Below, piece by piece: positions 10,226 through 20,923 of a stretch of 64,000 bases of DNA. The notes beneath the pieces are model-generated. The model saw nothing but the letters and a program-made list of their open reading frames with translations, was not told the DNA's origin and made no database searches. Position 1 is the stretch's first letter; each line of letters opens with the position of its first letter. This stretch comes from Octopus sinensis (taxonomy: Eukaryota): the NCBI RefSeq assembly GCF_006345805.1, contig NC_043001.1, forward strand, positions 98,704,001-98,768,000. The letters are read 5' to 3'. A program made the position numbers and the translations under genes.

Positions 10226-12560
10226 TGCCAATGTTCTGCATTGTGAGGACTAGAGACTTGAAGTGTTTCATGTTGCAAGACAGTGTGTGAGAGAGAAATT
10301 GTGATGTAATAGGAGAGAAATATGTCCACGTGGATGATGGCTCACTTGAATTTAATGATGCTGCAAAGAGTGAGACTTGGAGATGCCACTATGAAAGGTT
10401 GCTAAATGAAGAGAATGAATGGGAGAAAGAGAGTCTGCCAAATGTCAACCCAACACAGGGACCAGCTATTCAAATTGACAGTACCTTGGTAGATAAAGCA
10501 ATTAAGAGTATGAAGACGGGGAAACCCCCAGCTCATCATGAATCACTGCTGAGATGCTTAAAATATCTGGCAGTGTGGGCTATAATCTAGTCAACCAGGT
10601 GACACATGAAGGAGTCATACCCAATGACTGGTGTAGCAGCCCCATTGTCAACTGCTACAATGATAAAGGTGACACATTAGATAGGAATAATTACAGAGGT
10701 ATCAACTAAATAAGGGGAGAGTTAGTTTAGACAAGATGTAGTTTGGGTTTGTGCTGGGGAGAAACACCACTGATGCTATATTTCTGGCAAGACAGGTGCA
10801 GGAGAAATTCTTAACCAAAGATAAACCTCAACTTGGCTTTCGTTGACATGGAGAAAGCTTTTGACAGAGTCCCCCGATCCCTTATCTGGTGGACAATGTG
10901 GAAACTAGGGATGCTCCCAGTAAGGTGAGGGTTGGCAATGAGTATAGTGAAGAATTCCAGGTAGAAGTATGGGTTCACCAAGGATCAATCCTCAGCCCCC
11001 TCTTAATCATCATAGTTCCTCCAGGCAATAACAGAGGAATTCAAGATAGGCTTCTCCTGAGAGTTCCTCTATGCTGATGATTTTGCACTAGAAGCTGAGT
11101 CACTATCAGAACTAGAGAAGTTTCAGGTGTAGAAGGAAGGGCTAGGATTAGAGTCCATCTAGCAAAAATCAAATTCTTAGTAAGTAGGAAGGCAGACAAA
11201 TCATAAATCCCTTCAAGGTAGATGGCCCTGCTCAATCTGTAGAAAAGGCATTAGTAGAAACTCCATAAGATATACCATGCATAAGCTATGGACATATAAG
11301 AGGTGCAGCAATACCAAAGGAAGGTTAACTAGGAAGATAGTTTTTGTGTGGCAGATGCACAGGGGCAATAAACACCAAAGTACGAAAAATGGATTCCATC
11401 ACATACCAGGGGTAAAAACTAGTAGTTGATTACCTAGGTGACCAAATCAGTAGCAGGGGTGGATACTCTGAGAGTGTAGCTACTAGAATGAGAAAACCTT
11501 GGGTAAAGTTCAGAGAGCTCCTACCTCTGCTGGTAACAAGGTGCCTCTCCCTCAGAATGAAAGATAGACTGTATGATGCACGTGTGCAAATAGCCATGCT
11601 AGATGGCAGTGAAACATGGGCTGTGGCTGCTGAGAACATGCGTAGGCTTGAAGCTAGTCTTCTTCGCTGGATGTGTAATGTCAGTGTCTATATATGAAAG
11701 AGTGTAAGTGCCCCTGCGAGAAAATTTGGACATTAGAAATATCAGATGTGGTGTGCAAGAGAGACGACTGTGCTGGTATGGCCATGAGTTATGTATGGAT
11801 GAGGACAGCTGTGTGAAGAAGTGTCACACCCTAATAGTGGAGGGAACCTGTGGAAGAGGGAAACCTAGGAAGACATGGGATCAGATAGTGAAACACAACC
11901 TTCAAACATTGGGCCTCACTGAGGTAATGACAAATGACGGTGATATGCTGTGCTTGAGAAGACCTGGTAAGCCAAGTGAGACTGTAGAAATGGCCAATGC
12001 CAGTGTTGCATAAGTGGCCCATTTAAAAGTACCCTTCAATTGTTGGACAATATGCTATGCTTGAGAAAACCTGTTGAGTCAAGTGAAATCACAGTCGTGG
12101 CCAATGCCCATGCCACCTGACTGGCACCCATGCTAGTGACACAAAATGCACCATTCGAGTGTGGCTGATGCCAGTGCCGGTGGCACATAAAAAGCACCAT
12201 TCAAGTATGGTCCATGCCAGTGCCGCTTGACTGGCTCCCATACCAGTGGTACATAAAAAGCACCATTTGAGCATCATTGATGTCAGTGCCACCTAACTGG
12301 CTCACATGCTGGTGGCATGTAAAAACCATCATTCAAGTGTTGTTGATGCTAGTTCTGCCTGAATGGTCCCCGTGCTGGTGTCATGTAAAAAGCACCCACT
12401 CAGAGTGGTTGGCATTAGGAAGGACATCCAGCTGTAGAAACCTTGCCATATCAGATTGGAGCCTGGTGCAGCCTCCTGGTTTGCTACTCTTCAGTCAAAC
12501 TGTCCAACCCATGCCAGCAAGGAAAGCGGATATTAAATGATGATGATGATCCTGATGATG
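10226..12560 (+). mobile_element. RTE-clade LINE, 5'-truncated, degenerate RT plus complete 3'UTR and (GAT)n tail
   Basis: Motifs: MDDGSL..AKSETWRCHYERLLN, AFVDMEKAFDRVP, VHQGSILSPLL, LYADD (CTCTATGCTGATGAT), KFRELLPLL, GSETWAV, RRLCWYGH. It has many frameshifts, a tandem-repeat 3'UTR and a tail at 12536-12560. Confidence 0.92.
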
Positions 12561-12566
12561 TATATA

Positions 12567-13851
12567 CAGGGGTTGGACAAAATAATGGAAACACCTAGCA
12601 TCTTAGCATCATAATTTTGAAATGTCTATAAAGCCATCAAAAACTTGTTTATTTTGATGTTTTTTTATTTATTATTAGTATTGCTTAATATGGTTTGCTA
12701 AAATTGCTGTGTCTTTTCAGGTATCATCAAAAAAAGGTAATTAAAATTCATTAAAATGACAGATCTATCAGACTTCCAAAGAGGTCAAATTGTTGGTGCT
12801 CATATGGCAGGTGCTAGTGTAACAAAAACAGCCAAAATGTTTGGTGTATCAAGAAGTACTGTCTCAAAAGTAATGACAGCCTTTGAGAAAGAGAGAAAAA
12901 CCAAACCTCCGCATCAAAACAAAACTCTGGAAGGAAGCCAAAACTTTCAGATAGGGACTGTCGGACTCTTACGCGAATTGTTAGAAAGGATCACAAAAGT
13001 ACACCTCGCAAAATTACTGCAGAGCTTAATGACCACCTCAAGAACCCAGTTTCCACAAAAACTGTTCACTGGGAGCTACACAAGGCCGGATTTCATGGGA
13101 GGGCTGCAATCAGAAAACCACTACTTTCAAAAACAAATGTTGCAAAGCATTTAGAGTGGAGTAAAAACCTACAGAATTGGTCCCTAGAGCAGTGGAAGAA
13201 TGTTATTTTCTCAAACAAGTCATCCATTACCTTATTTCCAACCACTGGCCGAGTATACATATGGAGACAGCCAAAAGAAGCATTTGACCCAGACTGCCTT
13301 CTTCCAACTGTTAAACATGGAAGAGGATCTGTGATGGTCTGGGGAAGTGGGGGCTATATCTTGGAAATCCACCAGCCTAATGGTTTCCCTTCATGGTAGA
13401 ATTAATAGTCACGACTATTTAAGCATTTTATCTCATCAAATTCATCCTGTGGTTGTGGAACTGTTTCCGGAGGGAAACGCAATCTTTCAGGATGATAATG
13501 CACCAATTCACATAGCTAAAGTTGTTACTGAATGGCATGAGGAACATTCTAATGAAATTGAACATCTTATCTGGCCACCACAGTCCCCAGATCTCAATAT
13601 TATTGAATATTTATGGTGCATTTTAGAAAAACAAGTAAGGAGTCGATATCCTCCACCATCATCACTACAAGAACTGGAGACTGTTTTAGCTGAAGAATGG
13701 ACAAAAATTCCTTTGGAAACAATTCAAACTTTGTTTGAATCTATACCTCATAGAACTCAAGCTGTAATTACTGCCAAAGGCAGTCCTACCTCATATTAAA
13801 ATAAGTTTGTTTGAAATTTTAAGGTGTTTCCATTATTTTGTCCAACCCCTG
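12567..13851 (+). mobile_element. Full-length Tc1/mariner DD36E (Incomer-type) transposon, inactive
   Basis: TA on both sides and perfect 30-bp TIRs CAGGGGTTGGACAAAATAATGGAAACACCT; 1285 bp. Transposase runs 12756-13799 with two frameshifts, and 36 residues separate FQDD*N from PDLNIIE*. The first catalytic D is mutated (IFSNKS). Confidence 0.9.
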
Positions 13852-14319
13852 TATGTGACAAGCTACTTTCAGTTTCCACATACCAAATCCACTCACAAGG
13901 CTTTGGTTGGCCCAAGGCTATAGTAAAAGATACCTGCCCAAGATGCCACGCAATGGGACTGAACCCAGAACCATGTGGTTGGGAAGCTTCTTACCACACA
14001 GCCACGCCTACACCTATGTTTGTCAAATTTCACTTGCATGGTAATGAATGGTCAAAACTAGATAAGGAAAGTGCTATGTACCAGGTGCTAAAATCAGGAG
14101 CCCCACAAATAACTTGCATAAAATTTCTTAATCCAATAAAACCATAAAAACAAGGGCAGGTGATGTCAGCACTGGAGCAAAGAGAGGTGGAGGCCATTGG
14201 TGAATTGCAAGATTTCTTGTATAGTATTATGACATGTCATATGGTTTAACATGATGTTTCAAATTTTGCCAACCAGTAATCCTTTTATGTTTTTACTTTT
14301 TCCATCTTTGAACATTGGT

Positions 14320-14670
14320 CATATTGGAGAACTATCTTGAAGGGTTTTAGTCATGTGAATCAACACCAGTACTTAATCATTTTTTTTTATTAGTCCCTTC
14401 GCTCAAGCTGCTAAGTTATGGGGACATAAACAAACCAATTCCTGTTGTTAAGTAGTAATGGAGGACAAACACAAACACTCACACACATGTAGATATACAT
14501 AAATATATATAACTGGTTTCTTTCAGTTCTGTTCTACCAGATCCACTCACAAGGATTTGGTTAGTCTGGGACTATTGTAGAAGACACTTGTCCAAGGCAC
14601 CATGGAGCTGGGCTGAACCCAGAATCATGTGGTTAGGAAGCAATCTTCTTACCACACAGCCACACCTGCT
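14320..14670 (-). mobile_element. CORE-like SINE
   Basis: CTAAGTTATGGGGACATAAAC, AAATCCACTCACAAGG-like segment, GGCTGAACCCAGAATCATGTGG...CACACAGCCAC. Confidence 0.75.
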
Positions 14671-15189
14671 GATATGGAGGATTGTAAAAATATAGAGTTT
14701 TGTTCCCAATTATAATTTTTCAACTACATTTTCCAGCTGATATAATGAGAGTGATGGTTGAAGGATGTTGAAGAGAAAATTGGTTAGACACAAGGTGAAT
14801 TTTAAATGGTAAGGGTTGCAGTAAATTAACTCAAGTCATGCTGAAATTTAAACCTTTTCTTTAAATTTTTGTAAATATGTAGTTCAACCATCAGTGGAGG
14901 AAAGACAGTTATCTTGCTTATTGAAGACTGGGAAGAAACAATGGTTCTGGAGTTGCTGCAGTAACAGCACTATCAAAATATCTTCATAAAGAGCGATAGC
15001 GATGAAATTTTAAAGGTGACATTACTGATAGACATTTAAAAAAACAAATCGTAAAACAGCATTTACTCTGTTGCTGCGTCTCTTCCAGCCATACCAAAAG
15101 TAATAACATGAATCCTTTCCACTGACCTGAAATATGTGACACGACTAGGCTGAAATTGTAATCTTTCAATTCTCACACCCATTTGCAAT

Positions 15190-15700
15190 TATTCCAGAGC
15201 AAGGCTAAATATAAATACACTCATATGGAATTTAGTCTGTTTTCATTTCAGAACAAAGCTAAAAACATATTCTTATGTGGAATTTCGTCAATATGTTGAT
15301 TTTAATGCAAAGCTGAATATAGATATTTATATATGGAACTTAGTTCATATTCATTTCAAAGCAAGACTAAATATTCTTACTGAGGATTTAGTTTTAATTC
15401 CAGTGTAAGACTAAATATATATCTATATATGGAATTCGGTCTACATAATTATTCCAGAAAAAGGCTAAAAATATATATATTCTGGCATAAAATTTAGTCT
15501 GTATTCTGGAACAGATTTAATTATGTATTATTTATATGTGGAATTTAGTTTATATAATTATTGCAGAATGAGGCTAAATGTATATTCTTACATGGAATTT
15601 AGTCTTCATTCCAAAGAAAAGCTAAATATATCTTATATGGAATTTAGTCTTCATTCTTGATCAAACCTAAATACATATTCTTATAAAGAATCCAGCATGT
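15190..15700. repeat. Degenerate tandem array of ~10 units of 46-59 bp, each with an internal inverted repeat
   Basis: Approximate consensus ATTCCAGA.CAAGGCTAAATATATATTCTTATATGGAATTTAGTCTTC; the GGAATTTAGT motif recurs about every 51 bp. Confidence 0.8.
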
Positions 15701-16067
15701 TATTCTGTGTTCAAATTACACCAATTTAAACTTTACCTTTCATTCCTCCAAGATTGGAGCAGTGCCCATGACTCTTTTCAGGGCCTGTGGGACTGGTATA
15801 AAAGGTAAAAGGATGGTATCCTGAAACTGGAGACCTGGCCCAAATGCTTGCAACAGAGTGGACTTTGCCTATACCACAAGATAATCTCCCATCCAACAGT
15901 CCACTGCACTGGTATTTTACTGGACCTGGGAAGGATGAAGAGCAAAGTTGACCTTGACAGGAAATGAACTCAGAATGCAAGGTGTCATATCAAGTATACA
16001 TGTTTCCTACAAGTATGTGATCTTGTAAATATCAATACAGTTACACAACTTGCAATCTACATCTTAA

Positions 16068-16283
16068 CCCTTTTCATACAAACCCACCTGAGACTGCCTC
16101 TGGTTCTATGATACAAACTTTCTAATTTTAAGTGACTTGAATTAAAACCATACATCAAAATTTCATATTAATTTACATCTCAAACACCAGCTTAGTAAGT
16201 TATTTCAATAAATTCTTCATTATTTTCAAAATTATTTGAAGCAAAAACAGCACACTCCAACAGAGTGTATAGTCACAAAAGGG
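16068..16283. mobile_element. piggyBac-like MITE
   Basis: TTAA|CCCTTTT ... AAAAGGG|TTAA; 216 bp. Confidence 0.7.
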
Positions 16284-17449
16284 TTAAACCAAACCCAAAC
16301 TATTGATCCCAAAGTAAGCTGAGAGCATAAAATCCTTTGGTTTTTTCTACCATTTAGTCAGGTATGAGAAGGGCAGCACCCACAAATGTTTTTTTTATGG
16401 CTGTTGATAAGGAGGGGGAGAGTTATACACAAATTGAAAACTTATCCCAAATGTCAGCAACAGAGTGAATTCTAAAATAAATCAAATAATTGGAGACTCT
16501 TATTTTTTTAATTTTCTGCATTTCTCATAATCCTAATCAAATATTGGGGTTGACATGTTTGGTCTCTCACACCAAAACTTTTTGACCTTTGTGCCAATGC
16601 AAAAAATTACTATTGTTGTCGTTATATATTTGCATTTAAAATCATCATCAACTTTACTATTAGTGGTGAAAAAAAACTTTGTAGCAGCTGTGAATGGTGG
16701 TGGTGGTGGGGGGGGGGGGGATAAAAGACATAAGTAAAAAGAGACAAACATAAAACAGTTAATATCATTAGAAATACAACTATATAATATTAGTGGTGTT
16801 TCTAAAATAAAATTTAAAAAACCCCTAAAAATATAAACAAACAACGTTCGCACAAGTAAAAATTGAGAAAATATAATCCTTTCTACTATACTCACAAGGC
16901 CTAAAATTTGGGAGGAGGGGGCTTAGTCTGTTACATCAACTCCACCACTTTATGGGTTCTTATTTTATCGACCTCAAAAAGATGAAAGGCAAAGTTACCC
17001 TTGGCAGAATTTGAACTCAGAACATAATGCTGAAGAAATGCCAGAAACTTTTTGTCCAGCTTGCTGATTGATTGTGCAAGCTCACCACCTTTTGAAAGTG
17101 AGAAAAATATAATGTAGACAATTTTAAACCAGGAGAAACATACACAGATTTGATAAATAAAAATTCATTTCAACTTGCATTGGCAGCAGTGTGTATGTAT
17201 GTATGTATGTATGTATGTATGTGTATGTATATATCTATCTTAAAATTGGTGTTTATTATGATAGTCTGCTTTTGCTAGCAGTTAAGTTACAAGGATGTAA
17301 ACAAACCAACAGTGGTTGTCAATTTGTGGTGGGGGATAAACACAATGCAAAGACAAAGCCCCCCTGATCCACATATGCTCGTGCACATGACAGGTTTCTT
17401 TCAGTTTCCTTTCTGCTGGATATACTCATAAAGCTTCCTTTATATATTT

Positions 17450-17733
17450 ATATATCACGTGATCACGTGACTGATCAGGCTATCAGATGTTGCTACACAT
17501 CGTTGGTCACATTGTCTTAGCCTTCAAATGACGCCACCCCGCTGGCTAAGTGAGCAGGCCAACAGAAGAAAGAGTGAGAAAAAGTTGTTGCGAAAGAGTA
17601 CAGCAGGGATCACCACCATCCCCTGCTGGAGTCTCGTGGAGCTATAGGTGTTTGCGCTCAATAAACACTCACAATGCCTGGTCTGGGAATCAAAACCGCG
17701 ATCCTATGAACACAAGTCCACTGCCCTAACCAC
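17450..17733 (-). mobile_element. tRNA-SINE with the same head/core as the 6198 SINE but a different 3' tail
   Basis: Shares GCGAAAGAGTACA.CAG...GCTCAATAAACAC..ACAA.GCC.GGTCTGGGAAT; its tail ends in tandem CACGTGAT. Confidence 0.75.
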
Positions 17734-17750
17734 ATATATATACTCACACA

Positions 17751-18472
17751 CAGGGTGTCCCAAAAGTCACTGAGAGGTTTCAATTTTTAATATCTTCTTT
17801 AACTTTATAAATATATGCATGAAATTTTGATACAATATAAAGGACATAATGAAATTAATATGCACAAGTTAAATTTTGCAATACCATTACATCACATATG
17901 AAAAATGACATTGCTTAAATGGCAGCCATTTTCGGCTTTGCAAGCCCATACTGATTCCAAAACTTGTACCATAACACCCTCAAGAGTTTCAGACCCCCAC
18001 TTCTCTGATTTCTCTATTGATGTTCTCCTTCAGTTGCACTAGTCTCCAGTTTGTAGGTGAAAAAACCCTCTCTCTCAAGTATCCCCACAAGAAAAAATCC
18101 AGGCTAGTCAAGTCTGGAGAAGGTGAAGGCCAGTTGACATTGCCATAGCAGGAGATTATTCTCTCTCCAAAGCACTACCATTGCAACTGCATTGTTTCTC
18201 TTGCAGTACAAGCAGTTGCCCCATCTTGCTGGAACTATGTGTGAGGCCAACTTTGAATGGCCTTCATGTTCCCCACACTTGCCTAGCCTGGGTTTTGGTG
18301 GTCATTTAAGAGATGAAATTTTCCATATGTGATGTAGTAGTGTTGCAAATTTTGACTTGTGTATATTAATTTCCATTATGCCCTTTATATTGTATCAAAA
18401 TTTCATGCATTTATTTCTGAAGTTAAGGAAGTTATTAAAAATTGAAACTCATCAGTGACTTTTGGGACACCC

Positions 18473-18474
<2 letters not shown>
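17751..18474 (-). mobile_element. Internally deleted rosa-type (DD41D) Tc1/mariner element
   Basis: ~150-bp imperfect TIRs starting CAGGGTGTCCCAAAAGTCACTGA. The minus strand reads FQQD-GATACTARETMQLQW*CFGERIISCYGNVNWPSPSPDLTSL-DFFLWGYL, with 41 residues between the two D. Confidence 0.85.
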
Positions 18475-18506
<32 letters not shown>

Positions 18507-18509
<3 letters not shown>

Positions 18510-19020
18510 AATATTAGGGAATAAATCCAAATTTACAGGGAAAAAATCAGATTTAGGATTAAATCGATTTTATAGTAAAATATTATGAAACAACAAGACT
18601 TCGTTCTGCTACTTTCTTGAGTGTTGGCCACCATGGATTGGATAGGGAAGGCTTGTTTTTACACAAGGTCTTCTTAAAATCTACCCTTAAAAATAAGCTG
18701 CTACACAAATACAGTATTCAATTGGATTTTAACTTAACATCGTGGGATTGATCGAATATTTCTCAAGTGTGGAGGAATCTGGAATTTCTTTTTACAAACT
18801 TATTGCTTAAATACTACAGACGCAGATAATATCAACCGAATTTTTCTTCGAGGATTTACATGGCGCAGACCAGGATTGGAAGTCCACCTGAAGATTGTCG
18901 ATCAAGACAAGAAACGATTGTAGTGGCGGTTTTTTTGACTATTTATTAAAATTTTATGTATTGATTAAGTCTTTCCTTGTTTGTTTTGCAAAATAGTGGT
19001 TTTGTCTCGAATAATATTTT
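18507..19020 (+). mobile_element. Penelope-like terminal-repeat remnant (inverted piece plus sense piece)
   Basis: Starts ATATTAGGGAATAAATCCAAATTTACAGGG (shared with 20510) and ends AATAGTGGTTTT.TCTC. It contains a hammerhead ribozyme, a known hallmark of PLE pseudo-LTRs. Confidence 0.7.
18884..18926 (+). ncRNA. Minimal type I hammerhead ribozyme
   Basis: CCAC-CUGAAGA-UUGUC-gaucaa-GACAA-GAAA-C-gauu-G-UA|GUGG. All core nucleotides are present, stem I is 4 bp, stem II is 5 bp, and the predicted cleavage is after GUA (18922/18923). Confidence 0.85.
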
Positions 19021-19036
19021 ATATATATATATATAT

Positions 19037-19093
<57 letters not shown>

Positions 19094-19103
19094 TATATAT
19101 ATA

Positions 19104-20045
19104 TCATCATCGTTTAACATCCGTTTTCCATGCTGGGATGGATTGGATGGTTTGAATGGGGACTAGCAAGCCAGGAGGTCTCACCAGGCTTCAATTTGAT
19201 CTGGTAATGTTTCTACTGCTCGATACCCTTCCTAACGCCAACCACTCCAAGAGTGTAGTGGGTGCTTTTTGCATACCACTGGCATGGGAGCCAGTCAGCC
19301 AGCACTGGCATTGGCCACGTTCGGATGATGCTTTTTACGTGCTACTGGCACTGGAGCCGGTCAGAGTGGGGTGGGGGCTGGCATCAACCACGTTTAGATG
19401 GTGCTTTTTACATGCCACTGATAGGGGGAGTCAGTCAGGCGGGACTTGCAATGACCAGCACATAAATCCTCCACATTCAGCAGCCTTTCATAATGGTTTC
19501 TCCAAGCCTCTTTCTTTGCAGAATCATTAAAAGCAAGTGCACCATCATCCATGCAGATACATTTCTCTCCTGCAACATCACAATTTTCTCTCACACATTG
19601 TCTTACAATCCAAAATACTTCAGTTTTTTGGTCTTCACTTCACTGAACATCGACAAACTTCTTTTCTGCTTCTCCCTTGGCTATGTATACCTGTTGCCCA
19701 GCTTCCCTTCTGGCTATCTGGTACAGTTTTTTGCTACTCCTACTCTTCCAGGTTTTGCAGACATGTTTCTTTGCTCTAATGGCCTTGTCTACCATATTAT
19801 TCCAACACCATGTTACTCTAGATCTGGAAAGGACTTTGCACCAGCTGCAGACTTGGTCTGTGGCGCTCAGTAAGCTGTCCTGTAGGAATTTCCAGTTACT
19901 CTCAATGTTCGAAGTCTGTAGCTCCTCCCTCTCATCAAATTTCTTGATGAGGATGTCCCTAAATCTCTGACCATGTAAAGGGTTCTTTAGCTTCCAAATC
20001 CTTCTTTTCTGGATTGGTCTGCTTCTTGGCATCATTCTTGCCTCA
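19104..20045 (-). mobile_element. RTE 3'UTR joined to an internal RTE ORF fragment
   Basis: (ATC)n tail at ~19104 and ~60-bp UTR repeats. ORFs read MRENCDVAGEKCICMDDGAL..EAWRNHYERLL and RSRVTWCWNNMVDKAIRAKK. Confidence 0.85.
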
Positions 20046-20047
20046 AG

Positions 20048-20091
<44 letters not shown>

Positions 20092-20481
20092 TTTTATGCT
20101 TTTGATCTCTATAACAATGCAATAAAGTATTCTTCTTCTGATGAACTGTTCTGATTCAGCATGTAATTTCACTTGGAACAGAAGATGCAGATCACCACAA
20201 TGGTGAAATGCATGTAGGGAACTAATGACATTAACTGGTGTATTTCATATGTGCATGTGTATGTGTCTATGTATGTATGCAGGTGTCAAATGGGGGAACA
20301 AATATTAAGTGAATGTAGTTTTATTCTATTTATTCCTTCAAAGTTGATGGCTCATAGTGTCACTACACTAAATTTCTTTTTTTCAGCATTTGTTTAACAG
20401 ACATCTCTTCTTATCTGAATGAACACACTCAAGTGACAGGATTGGAATAACAACTTCAACAAATATGTCAATGTGCATATA

Positions 20482-20509
<28 letters not shown>

Positions 20510-20512
<3 letters not shown>

Positions 20513-20877
20513 TTAGGGAGTAAATCCAAATTTACAGGGAAAAATTAGATTTAGGATTAAATCTAATTTCACAGTATAAATATAAATTGAATTAGAGATA
20601 AAACCACTATTAGGCAAATCAAACAGTGAAAAACATAAACCAAAACATAAAAATAAAAATAATTAATATAATTTACAAAATATATAAAATATACTTTTTG
20701 ATAGTTATATATAATTTTTTTAAAAAATTATAAATATAAATATAAATTAATAATTTTAAATTTAAATAATTTAAATTTTAAATTTTATATTTTGTAAATT
20801 ATATTAATTATTTTTATGTTTTGGTTTATGTTTTTCAGTTTGATTTGCCTAATAGTGGTTTTATCTCTAATTTAATT

Positions 20878-20885
<8 letters not shown>
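20510..20885. mobile_element. Fold-back copy of the Penelope-like terminal repeat
   Basis: Arms ~20578-20695 / ~20780-20885 (AATTAGAGATAAAACCACTATTAGGCAAATCAAAC vs GTTTGATTTGCCTAATAGTGGTTTTATCTCTAATT) around an almost pure-AT centre. Confidence 0.75.
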
Positions 20886-20917
<32 letters not shown>

Positions 20918-20923
20918 CCCACT

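Larger units (their letters stand above)
9990..14016 (-). mobile_element. CORE-like SINE split in two (9990-10225 and 13852-14016) by a nested RTE plus Tc1-type element
   Basis: The 3' half ends at the internal microsatellite at ~10225. The 5' half (TTTCAGTTTCC..ACCAAATCCACTCACAAGG...CACACAGCCAC) resumes immediately after the transposon TIR. Confidence 0.75.

Noticed and set aside
13824-14147. Recurrent ORFs of the type YQIHSQGFGWPKAIVKDTCPRCHA (also 26590, 47400, 47800)
   Set aside because: Antisense read-through of the same SINE, not a gene family.
14925-15000. NNGSGVAAVTALSK resembling the M28 peptidase/nicalin DNGSGVA motif
   Set aside because: The metal-binding Asp is absent, an in-frame stop follows, and there is no usable donor.
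15190-15700. CRISPR-like look of the palindromic array
   Set aside because: The inter-repeat segments are homologous to each other rather than unique, the repeats are degenerate, there are no cas genes, and the context is eukaryotic.
20135-20225. Possible decayed hammerhead (CAGATCA-CCAcaaTGGT-GAAA-TGCATGTA)
   Set aside because: Two core mismatches and no stem I; not supportable.
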